Shown one piece after another: positions 1 through 7,874 of a stretch of DNA of 11,314 bases. The notes beneath the pieces were generated by a model that saw nothing but the letters and a program-made list of their open reading frames with translations, was not told where the DNA came from and made no database searches. Position 1 is the first letter of the stretch; every line of letters begins with the position of its first letter. Position numbers and translations under genes: made by a program. The DNA is taken from contig JAEOUE010000169.1 of NCBI GenBank assembly GCA_016839515.1, positions 1 to 11,314 on the forward strand. The letters are read 5' to 3'. The stretch is from Candidatus Hodarchaeum mangrovi (lineage in GTDB: Archaea; Asgardarchaeota; Heimdallarchaeia; Hodarchaeales; Hodarchaeaceae).

Positions 1-2
1 TA

Positions 3-521
3 TACGAACCAATGCCAACTATTGTACCAATTGGAGCAGATCAGGCTCCTCATGCTCGTCTTTCACGTGATCTCGCTAGGAAAAAACAAATTCAAGATGA
101 ATATCAATTTCAATTACCAAGCTTTATTTACCACCGTTTAATTGAAGGATTAGATGGATCTGAAAAAATGTCAAAACGTAACCCTTTATCTACTTTAACG
201 TTATTTGAAACACAAGAAGGTCTTCATACTAAAATTTTTAACGTTTTAACTGGAGGAAGGGTTTCTCTTAAAGAACAGAAAAAATTGGGAGGAAATCCCC
301 ATATTTGTCGAATTTTTGATTTATATCGATTTTTTTTTGAAAATAACAATGAAAAATTAACTGAACTTGCTCAGAAATGCTTAAATGGCGAAATAATGTG
401 TGGTGAAGATAAAAAAAACTTGATCTCAATAATCGCTAGTTTTATGGATATGCACAAACAAAAACGCCTAGATGCGTTACCTAAAGCACGTGAAATTGTT
501 CTAGAGCGTCATGAATATTAA
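3..521 (+). CDS. trpS: Tryptophanyl-tRNA synthetase, archaeal/eukaryotic type, C-terminal part (5'-truncated by the window edge)
   Basis: The frame is open from base 3 (YEPMPTIVPIGADQAPH), so ATG 12 is internal. It carries VPIGADQxPHxRLSRD, the class I KMSKS-like motif (GSEKMSKR), TGGRxSxxEQKKLGGNPxxC and G-EIMCGEDK, all typical of archaeal TrpRS. Confidence 0.95.
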   Translation, partial: YEPMPTIVPIGADQAPHARLSRDLARKKQIQDEYQFQLPSFIYHRLIEGLDGSEKMSKRNPLSTLTLFETQEGLHTKIFNVLTGGRVSLKEQKKLGGNPHICRIFDLYRFFFENNNEKLTELAQKCLNGEIMCGEDKKNLISIIASFMDMHKQKRLDALPKAREIVLERHEY

Positions 522-532
522 CATATAGCTAT

Positions 533-877
533 TTAAAAAAAATCTTTGTTGGAATACTGCTTCTTCAATTTTTTATCCAGGTAAGCACGATATTTTAAAG
601 GATCGTCAACAAATTTTGTTCTTTGTTGATGTTTTTTCGCTCTCTTTTTTGATGTATATTCTTTTACTTTAAGATTACATCTTCCACTAGAAATTTCTAG
701 TGCTGAGGGTCGGTGAAAGCACAAAGCAAATTTACATTTATACGCAACACAATCGTCTCCCTCTACCATCCTACAGAGAAAAAGTTTTTTGTCACCTTTT
801 TGAGTAATCTTAAGATATTTTTCACTACATCTAAAAAATTTACAGGTTGTTTCACACATGAGGTCTGGTTTGCTCAT
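533..877 (-). CDS. Small Cys-rich (8 Cys) probable metal-binding hypothetical protein with a Lys/Arg-rich C-terminal tail
   Basis: 114 aa ORF. ATG is preceded by an SD-like GGTGGCGTGA. Cys spacing is CX3CX4C-X17-C-X7-CX4CX4C-X13-C. It ends convergently 11 bp from the trpS stop. It resembles, from memory, an uncharacterised family of TACK/Asgard archaea. Confidence 0.75.
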   Translation of the reverse strand: MSKPDLMCETTCKFFRCSEKYLKITQKGDKKLFLCRMVEGDDCVAYKCKFALCFHRPSALEISSGRCNLKVKEYTSKKRAKKHQQRTKFVDDPLKYRAYLDKKLKKQYSNKDFF

Positions 878-1392
878 TCACGCCACCGAAAACACATAAA
901 TAACTTTGTTATCATTCTTTTAATTTAAAATCATCAAATACAGCATTATCCAAAAAAAAGATTTTGATCAACAATAGCAAATCATCCAACAACTAAAAAA
1001 ATCTAAATGTGTTCTCCATCCATTTATTTTCCTCAGTAGTGTTTCTTGAAAGAAAAAAACATGTTTAAAACCAAGAATTTCTCAGAGTTGCTAAGGTTGG
1101 ATTTAGCTTAATCCTTTAAAAACCTTTCAGACAATCATCCTTTATAGTACAAAAGGCAAATGAATGAAAAAAAGGTCGCGTAGAGTCAAAAAATTTCCTT
1201 TTTTCTGTTTAGATTTAATTATTATCTTTAATAAATTCGGAATAATTTTGCTAGATTATGTTAATTAGGCTTTAATATTATTATTGAAGGTAGAACTAAT
1301 AAAATAAAAAAAATGAATTATAAAAGTTAATAGTAAAGATTATGATCAATTTGATTGCTAGCTATGATTGGCTAATCTTAAAAAAGTATCAC

Positions 1393-1421
1393 TTAAATAC
1401 TTAAATTAAAGTATTTAAATA
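1393..1421. promoter_or_regulatory. Near-perfect 26-bp palindrome overlapping a TATA-like box upstream of the GTPase cluster
   Basis: TTAAATACTT (1393-1402), AAATTA, AAGTATTTAA (1409-1418): the 10-bp arms are exact reverse complements. TTTAAATA lies at 1414-1421, followed by an SD-like GAGGT before GTG 1442. Confidence 0.45.
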
Positions 1422-1441
1422 TTTAATAAGAGGTTCCCTCA

Positions 1442-2452
1442 GTGAGCCACTATCTCAAACAATTAAAGCAGTCTTCAACTCGCAAAATCATTCTTCTAGG
1501 CTTATCACAAGCAGGGAAAACTTCGATTAAAGATGTAGTTTTTGGAGGAAAAGCACCAGAGGAAACAAAAGATTATGCAGCTACTTTAAATTATGAACGC
1601 CAAATTGAAGAAGTAGCTGATGAACCCATTACTGTAATGGATCTTGGGGGTCAGGAGGTTTTTTTAAAAAGATTCTTAAGCAGTATGAGCTCATTTATAT
1701 TCAGTAATGTAGCAGTTCTGGTATTCATATGCGATATTTTCACCCCAGATAAATTTCCAGCATCAAGAAAAGCATTTGTAGAGGGAGTTAGTCGACTAGA
1801 AGAAATGTCTGATGTACAACCAGCTATCTATGTGCTACTCCATAAAACGGATTTAATGACCGATCTTACTCAGAGAGCAGAACGAATGGAATTTTTGATG
1901 GAGATGTTCCAAGATGCTGCACCAAATAAAAATATAACATTTTTGCAAACCTCAATTTATGACAATTCAATCCATGAGGCTTTTAAACGGATAACTGCTG
2001 AAGCTAGTGAAATTATTCCAGAGGCGGAAGAAATAGAAAAAGAAGAAGATCTAGAAACAATAAAAAAACGATTACGATTGCGTCCTATCCAGCAGGTCCT
2101 CCATACTTTGAAATTTATGAATAGACTAGATGAGGTCCTGTTAATATCTTTAGATGACCCTGATTTTCGAATAAATGCATCTGATCTAGATATAAATGAG
2201 ATCCAACATGTCTTAAATCTAATGACACGAACAAACGATCTCCAATTAGTCGCAAATTCCAGATCAGAACTTCAACGCTTTGGCTCGGTATTAATCTATC
2301 GATCTAGACTTGAAAGTTTACCACAATTATTAATCATTCTTATTTCAACTGATGCAAAATCAACCTTAGAAACTAAAAATATTTCAGATATTGAGGAGGA
2401 TGTACGATTACTGGCTAAACAATTAGAAAGTATGATTCAACAATCCACATAA
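1442..2452 (+). CDS. Rag/Gtr1-like small GTPase with C-terminal roadblock-like domain (paralog A)
   Basis: G1 GLSQAGKTS, switch I YAATLNYE, G3 DLGGQ, FIFSNVAVLVFICD, G4 HKTD, G5 TSIYD. HKxD and TSIxD are Gtr1/RagA hallmarks. An acidic linker precedes a ~120-aa alpha-beta-beta-alpha-beta-beta-beta-alpha pattern. GTG start. Confidence 0.9.
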   Translation: MSHYLKQLKQSSTRKIILLGLSQAGKTSIKDVVFGGKAPEETKDYAATLNYERQIEEVADEPITVMDLGGQEVFLKRFLSSMSSFIFSNVAVLVFICDIFTPDKFPASRKAFVEGVSRLEEMSDVQPAIYVLLHKTDLMTDLTQRAERMEFLMEMFQDAAPNKNITFLQTSIYDNSIHEAFKRITAEASEIIPEAEEIEKEEDLETIKKRLRLRPIQQVLHTLKFMNRLDEVLLISLDDPDFRINASDLDINEIQHVLNLMTRTNDLQLVANSRSELQRFGSVLIYRSRLESLPQLLIILISTDAKSTLETKNISDIEEDVRLLAKQLESMIQQST

Positions 2453-2465
2453 GGCAGGCTTCATT

Positions 2466-3407
2466 TTGTACCAGAACCTTCTAGTTCTTGCAGGATTATC
2501 TCATTCAGGGAAAGACCTTTTGTTTAATCAAATTACAAAATTCAGTAAAAGTGAATCAAATCAAAAAGTCGAGGATATTATAATTTATTTTGATTGGCTT
2601 TTTAAAACCTTTAAAAAATCTGATACATCTTATTTAAATGATCTTTTAGCCCCAATCAGAGAGAGAATACTTAAACGAATACATACGCTAATATATGTTC
2701 ACGATATTACCTATCAACGATTAGATGAAACGGTCAATGACTTTAAAGAAGTCATTACCCAGATTGAGTCTTACAATAAATCATTTAAAGTTATTCTGCT
2801 GCTAAACCGAGGTCATCTTATTCCAAATGATATAGAACGAAATAATATTTTAAGAAATGTTTCTGCACGTTTACAACAAATTATTCCTCAAGATATTTCA
2901 GCATATGTTGTTTCTCTGAAAGGTCCTGATGAACAACGGTTAACAAACATGATAATTAGCCAAATAATAAGTAGAGGGGTAGATTTTAGCCTTCAAAAGG
3001 AAAAAGAAAAGAATCAGCAAACAATTACTTTAAATAATTCTCAACAGAAAGCAATTCAATCCATTTTGACTGAAAAAATGACCGATTATGGATTTGCAGG
3101 GGCATACATATTGACTGATAATAACAAGGTCATTTTAGCCAAAGGTAAAAATCAAAGCTGGGAAGAAAAAGTAGGCCCACAGATTATCCGTGTTCTTGCT
3201 CAAGAAGGGGCTTTTGAGGTATCTCAAGGATCAAAAATTAACATTGTACGGGTCGAGGATTTTCTTATGATCACTCAGTTAGTTACAAATAGAATTAAAC
3301 TGATTTTACTTGGAAGGGAAACAAATTTTAAACTAAATAAGGAATCTTTTGCCACAATAGAGCGAAAATGTAGTGAATTAGTGAAATCCTTAAGTTCGAA
3401 ATTATAG
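2466..3407 (+). CDS. Degenerate Rag-like pseudo-GTPase with C-terminal roadblock-like domain
   Basis: TTG start 13 bp after the upstream stop. P-loop LVLAGLSHSGKD; strand IIIYFDW lacks DxxG; IHTLIYVHDIT; G4 position LLLNRGH; G5 position YVVSL. The C-terminal IQSILTEKM..FAGAYILTDNNKVIL..FLMITQLV..IKLILLG..helix pattern fits roadblock/LAMTOR topology. Confidence 0.7.
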   Translation: MYQNLLVLAGLSHSGKDLLFNQITKFSKSESNQKVEDIIIYFDWLFKTFKKSDTSYLNDLLAPIRERILKRIHTLIYVHDITYQRLDETVNDFKEVITQIESYNKSFKVILLLNRGHLIPNDIERNNILRNVSARLQQIIPQDISAYVVSLKGPDEQRLTNMIISQIISRGVDFSLQKEKEKNQQTITLNNSQQKAIQSILTEKMTDYGFAGAYILTDNNKVILAKGKNQSWEEKVGPQIIRVLAQEGAFEVSQGSKINIVRVEDFLMITQLVTNRIKLILLGRETNFKLNKESFATIERKCSELVKSLSSKL

Positions 3408-3408
3408 G

Positions 3409-3416
3409 TTTATATA
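3409..3416 (+). promoter_or_regulatory. Possible internal archaeal TATA box (TTTATATA) for the third and fourth cluster genes
   Basis: Consensus-like TTTATATA in the 47-bp gap after the 3407 stop, followed by SD-like GGAGA before ATG 3455. The AT-rich background weakens the signal. Confidence 0.35.
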
Positions 3417-3454
3417 AAAGGAATTATACTTAGTACTTGGAGATTTGAATCTAG

Positions 3455-4258
3455 ATGATAACGGGTCTTATCTGCACTACCATGACTGATATGGGCCCCT
3501 ACCCTCTTTTGAATTTATCTTCATTGTCAGAAGATACTACGGTCAAATTAAGTGTGATTGGGATGACTATTCTTTCAATGGGTGCAGGCACGGTTGCTGA
3601 AAAACAACATTATAGACTACATGGATCTATTCCAGTACCTGATACTCCTGATTACGAAGCATTGGCAATGTCTTTCACAGTTATTCCAAAAACTACAAAA
3701 GATGCCCGAATTATTCAACATGGACGTGAATAAACTATTTGGCTGATTTTTGAATCAAAGAATCGAGAACAAGTATTTTCTATGCATTCACAAATTGAAA
3801 AAACTCTCCAACGAGAATCAAAAGTTCTAAAGGAAGAAGATGACTTAATTGACCCAGGAAAAATGCAAACAATCTTTAATCGAATGAAAAATTTATGCGA
3901 AGAGTTATCAAATGGAACCATACCATCTATGGAATATCAGCCTCAAGTTTTGGCTGAACGAGGAGGACTGGAATACTATACAATCAATGATGTAGGGGAT
4001 CCCCTTCCATTACAACCAAACGATGAAATCATGGACAATTCGGTTTTAATTATAGCGAATACGATTTTAAAGAGATTATTGGTTATAAAATTAAAAGAAA
4101 ACGTATCACAGCGTTTAATGTTTATAGCAGGACGGAGTGCATCTAATTTAAATTCAAACAGATTTAAAAATGAATTCACTATTCGTAACGTGTTAGACCC
4201 CTTAGAAAGGGAAATGATTATTGAAAAGATTGGAATATTGCGCGAAATCAGTGAATGA
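3455..4258 (+). pseudogene. Single gene (267 codons) interrupted by an in-frame TAA at 3731-3733: N-terminal uDENN/longin-like domain plus C-terminal gelsolin-like domain
   Basis: ORFs 3455-3733 and 3782-4258 are in the same frame (offset 327 nt). The 16 intervening codons are open and read TIWLIFESKNREQVFS, a hydrophobic beta-strand that continues the fold. No obvious SD precedes 3782. A true nonsense allele, a base-call error and readthrough cannot be told apart here. Confidence 0.75.
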
Positions 4259-4274
4259 TCGGAGATTACCCTAA

Positions 4275-5204
4275 ATGTCATACCTTACACGAAAGAAAGC
4301 CAGTAAAGTCCTAATCCTTGGATTAGCAGAATCAGGAAAAACAACTATTATACGAGCTGTTACAGAAGGAAAAATACTATCCAAGGAAACAAATTATAAT
4401 CCAACAATTGACTATGAAAGAAAACAAAAAGTTGTTGCTGGAACAGAGATTACGATCTTCGATTTAGGCGGACAAACTGCTTTTCTTGATCGATTTACAG
4501 GCGAACTATCAGAATTTATCTTTAGCGGAGTAAAAGTTTTAGTCTTTGTAATTGATTCGCTAAATATCCCTGAAATTCAACGTGCAAAATATTATCTTGA
4601 TTTAAGTTTGAAAAAAATTAACCAATTTAGTCCTGAAGCATCGATTTTCATATTTCAACATAAAACCGATCGTGTACCCAAGAATCTTAGAGATGAGGTT
4701 AAACAAACCATTTATGAATATCTTGCAGCAGGAGTAACTCAAACCTTAAAGTATTATGAAACTACAGTATTTAATGATTCTATTTTTAGTGCTATGGGAG
4801 ATGTTTATGCAGAAGCAAGTGGAGCAAAGAAAACTCTCCGGCCCTTACTAGAAACATTTATCAGACATAATTATGCTGATATGGCTCAAATATATACAAG
4901 AGAAGGAGCTCCTTTAACTAAAATCGAAAATATAGATAGATTTGATCATATATCGTTAGCTGAAATCAAAGAAGTATTTGATGCACTTATGAACCGGTTA
5001 TCAAATTCAGAGTATCAAGAATCAACATCTATTCTCATGGAATCAGCGAGAAGAGTCTTTATGATACGAATATTAGATAATGGACTGTCAATATTCTTTG
5101 GATTCCCTAAAGAACGATTACGTGAACATAATGAACCAGTTCCATCATTATATAATAAAGTTCTTGCGTTTTGCTCTCAATTACAAAGCATAACTGAAGG
5201 TTAG
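4275..5204 (+). CDS. Rag/Gtr1-like small GTPase with C-terminal roadblock-like domain (paralog B)
   Basis: G1 GLAESGKTT, switch I YNPTIDYE, G3 DLGGQ, FIFSGVKVLVFVID, G4 HKTD, G5 TTVFND. C-terminal LRPLLETFI..ADMAQIYTREGAPL pattern is roadblock-like. SD-like GGAGA upstream. Confidence 0.9.
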   Translation: MSYLTRKKASKVLILGLAESGKTTIIRAVTEGKILSKETNYNPTIDYERKQKVVAGTEITIFDLGGQTAFLDRFTGELSEFIFSGVKVLVFVIDSLNIPEIQRAKYYLDLSLKKINQFSPEASIFIFQHKTDRVPKNLRDEVKQTIYEYLAAGVTQTLKYYETTVFNDSIFSAMGDVYAEASGAKKTLRPLLETFIRHNYADMAQIYTREGAPLTKIENIDRFDHISLAEIKEVFDALMNRLSNSEYQESTSILMESARRVFMIRILDNGLSIFFGFPKERLREHNEPVPSLYNKVLAFCSQLQSITEG

Positions 5205-5389
5205 TCTATTTCACAGTATTTTTACCTCTTAAGAAGGAATTTTCTAGGAAAAAGCACAAATTTTCTATCTCTCAAGGATTTTCTCTGTAAAGCAAAAAAG
5301 CATCAATTCGTTTAAATACTCAACAAATGCAGGGGAATTAAATATCAATTATTAAAAAAATTGATTTGTTTTGAAGGAGAGATTATAAC

Positions 5390-6436
5390 ATGCTAGTGCA
5401 AAGTGTTGATAGTTGGATCACCCCTGTATTTTATTTCCTTGGAGGTATCCTTCTAGGACTATTAATCGAATTAATTATTTTCACGAGGTTTAGAAGATCA
5501 CTTTCAAGGGTAAAATGGAAAGGATTCATAATAATTTCCAATTCTTTAAGAGGAATCCCTTTTTTCTGGTTTTTCTTACTAGGTTCTTATCTGGCAATTG
5601 TAAGTATTCCTACCGATGTCTTAAATATTGATTTAACATTTCTTGATCTATTGGCAAGAGGATTTTTCTTGATTTTTATTTTAACATTCCTAATGATTCT
5701 TGCTAAAATGACTAATGGCTTTATCACTCATTATTCGGAAAAAACAGAAGGAGCTTTAGCTAGTACCACTCTAGTTACTAATATAATAAATTTAATCTTT
5801 CTTTTACTAGGATTTTTAATTATTATTCAGTCATTGGGTATCGACATAACTCCATTGCTTACATTGTTAGGTGTTGGAGGATTGACAGTCGCTTTGGCTT
5901 TACAACCTACCCTATCGAATTTTTTCTCTGGAATATATATTATTGCAGCTAAGGAATTTTCTGTAGGTGATTTTATAAGACTTGATACAGGTGAAGAAGG
6001 ATATATCGTTGATATGAATTGGAGACATACAATAATTCGACCTCCTGCTAAATATGATATTATTATCCCGAATATTCGACTTGCCACAGCCTCGGTTACG
6101 AATTTTGGAATATCCTCAAAAGAAATTCAAATCACCATTCCTTTAGGAGTAGGTTATGAAAGTGATTTGGAACATGTAGAACAAGTAACCGTTGAAGTAG
6201 CTATACAAGTAATAGAGCAAGTACAAGGAGAAAAACCTACTACTCTACCTTATATCCGATACCATACATTTTCTCCTTCATCTATTGATTTTAATGTGAA
6301 TATCTATTCTAAAAAGTTAAAAGATAGGGCTAAAATCCGTCATGAATTTATCAAACTCCTCTATAAACGATACAAATCCGAAGGTATAGATATTCCATAT
6401 CCAACCACTGTAGTATTATCAAAACCTTTAGCATGA
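5390..6436 (+). CDS. mscS: Small-conductance mechanosensitive channel (MscS family)
   Basis: About five TM segments, then LGIDITPLLTLLGVGGLTVALALQPTLSNFFSGIYI, FSVGDFIRL, GYIVDMNWRHT, IIPN, GVGYESDLE, EGIDIPYPT. SD-like AAGGAG upstream. Confidence 0.95.
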   Translation: MLVQSVDSWITPVFYFLGGILLGLLIELIIFTRFRRSLSRVKWKGFIIISNSLRGIPFFWFFLLGSYLAIVSIPTDVLNIDLTFLDLLARGFFLIFILTFLMILAKMTNGFITHYSEKTEGALASTTLVTNIINLIFLLLGFLIIIQSLGIDITPLLTLLGVGGLTVALALQPTLSNFFSGIYIIAAKEFSVGDFIRLDTGEEGYIVDMNWRHTIIRPPAKYDIIIPNIRLATASVTNFGISSKEIQITIPLGVGYESDLEHVEQVTVEVAIQVIEQVQGEKPTTLPYIRYHTFSPSSIDFNVNIYSKKLKDRAKIRHEFIKLLYKRYKSEGIDIPYPTTVVLSKPLA

Positions 6437-6693
6437 GGAATTATTATTCTTCTTTACAGATTTCAAAGATCTTTCAGATTTTTTTTCCAAATAGCGGTGA
6501 AAATTCTAAAAGATTATAAAATTAGACGTAAAACGCCATTTAAAAAGGAAAAATTTTAGGTAGAAACAAAATTCTTGAATCGTTTTATCCTAAATCCTTA
6601 TAATGTTGAAGTTTTATTATCTACAATAAATTTCAGGTGATCGTATCAAAGGGTTTTTGAGAGATTACTAGCACGTTTAAACTTGATAAGTAT

Positions 6694-7869
6694 ATGATAA
6701 ATAATACATTTAATTTAATTTTTCCTCAGATAGATGAATTAGTTAACCAATCGTTCACTGTTACCTCATTTTCTTATAGATCTCCTCGAACAGGAAACAC
6801 TTCACAAACTTTAGTTCTGCCAACCTATGAAATCCTTCGCAGAAGTGATCTTTCTAGCAATATGCAGTTTATTACATCCAAACTGAAATCTCTTGGTTTT
6901 ATTCCGTTCCTTCGAGCTCATCCGACACAGGAATCAAGAGGTTTGCTTTTTATTTTACCAATGAATGAACGAATGCTAGATACAAAACAAAATCTAAAGA
7001 CTCCGGCAGTTCTTTTCGCTTTTACGGTACTTTCAGTAATATTCTCAGGAATAAATATTTGGAGGACTTTAAGACAAATTGAACCAGGATTAGATCTCAT
7101 TGTCACTATTGGGCTTTATTTAATAGGAATCATGGGTATAGTAGGAATTCATGAATTAGGACATCTTGTAGCTTCACGCCTTCATGGGATCAATGCCAGT
7201 TGGCCATATTTTATCCCCAATCCTTTTAGTTTTGGAACTTTTGGAGCGTTTATTACTCAGAAATCCCCAAGTAAATCCAAAAATGCGCTATTTGATGTAG
7301 GGTTATCAGGACCTATTTTTGGATTCGTAGTGGCATTGATTTTTACTATTTGGGGTCTATTTCTATCTTTTACAGTCTCAAATCTTCCAAAAATAGGAGA
7401 AGATATCTTTTTCACAAATTTTCTCCAGTTTAATAGTCCTACGCGATATAGAATACCTCTATTCGAGCTATTAGCATTTTTAATATTCCCTAATACCTTT
7501 TATGAATCTGAAATTATACTCCATCCTCTTGCACTCGCGGGTTATATTGGATTATTACTTACTGGGTTAAATTTAATACCGATGGGACAAACAGATGGAG
7601 GACATATTGCACGTAGTCTAACTTCGGAAAAAAATCATCGGGTAGTAACTTATATTAGTGCAGGAGTTTTAACAATCTTAGGATTCTGGTTCTTTGCCAT
7701 TCTACTACTCCTTATGTACTCACAGACAGGCCATCCAGGTCCCCTTGATGACATATCCTCAGTGAGTAATTCTAGAAAACTTATAACAATCTTAGGATTG
7801 GTTTTAACAGTATTATGTCTACCATTTCCAGTAGAGATATACACTTGGATAATTAATTTATTTACATAA
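6694..7869 (+). CDS. Site-2 protease family (M50) intramembrane zinc metalloprotease with N-terminal soluble extension
   Basis: HELGH (HExxH) at the end of a TM helix, PYFIP..FGTFGAFI, LFDVGLSGPIFG, LHPLALAG, and NLIPMGQTDGGH (third Zn ligand motif). The exact start is uncertain. Confidence 0.93.
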   Translation: MINNTFNLIFPQIDELVNQSFTVTSFSYRSPRTGNTSQTLVLPTYEILRRSDLSSNMQFITSKLKSLGFIPFLRAHPTQESRGLLFILPMNERMLDTKQNLKTPAVLFAFTVLSVIFSGINIWRTLRQIEPGLDLIVTIGLYLIGIMGIVGIHELGHLVASRLHGINASWPYFIPNPFSFGTFGAFITQKSPSKSKNALFDVGLSGPIFGFVVALIFTIWGLFLSFTVSNLPKIGEDIFFTNFLQFNSPTRYRIPLFELLAFLIFPNTFYESEIILHPLALAGYIGLLLTGLNLIPMGQTDGGHIARSLTSEKNHRVVTYISAGVLTILGFWFFAILLLLMYSQTGHPGPLDDISSVSNSRKLITILGLVLTVLCLPFPVEIYTWIINLFT

Positions 7870-7874
7870 GTTAA

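Noticed and set aside
713-928. 71-aa plus-strand ORF
   Set aside because: Antisense shadow of the Cys-rich gene, with no motifs.
878-1390. Hidden ncRNA, tRNA or mobile element in the long intergenic region
   Set aside because: Very AT-rich, with no GC-rich stems, cloverleaf, terminal repeats or credible ORF visible by eye.
3731-3733. Selenocysteine/pyrrolysine or alternative genetic code at the internal stop
   Set aside because: The codon is TAA, not TGA or TAG, and TAA terminates several other genes in the window.
3715-4281. Minus-strand ORFs 3715-3921 and 3976-4281
   Set aside because: Antisense to the longin/gelsolin-like gene, with no recognisable features.
1-5204. Functional link between trpS and the Rag cluster (amino-acid sensing by analogy to eukaryotic LeuRS-Rag)
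   Set aside because: The two are separated by an opposite-strand gene and a long intergenic region. Proximity alone is not evidence without conserved synteny.
5234-5284. Three ATTTTCT copies between the cluster and mscS
   Set aside because: Short, AT-rich and unevenly spaced (21 and 18 bp). Not a CRISPR array or a convincing repeat; may simply be terminator T-tracts.
6635-6693. AGGTGA/GTG at 6637 in frame with the S2P gene but followed by TGA at 6658 (possible readthrough or uORF)
   Set aside because: The GTG is part of the SD-like word itself and nothing supports an extension by homology. Chance is an adequate explanation.
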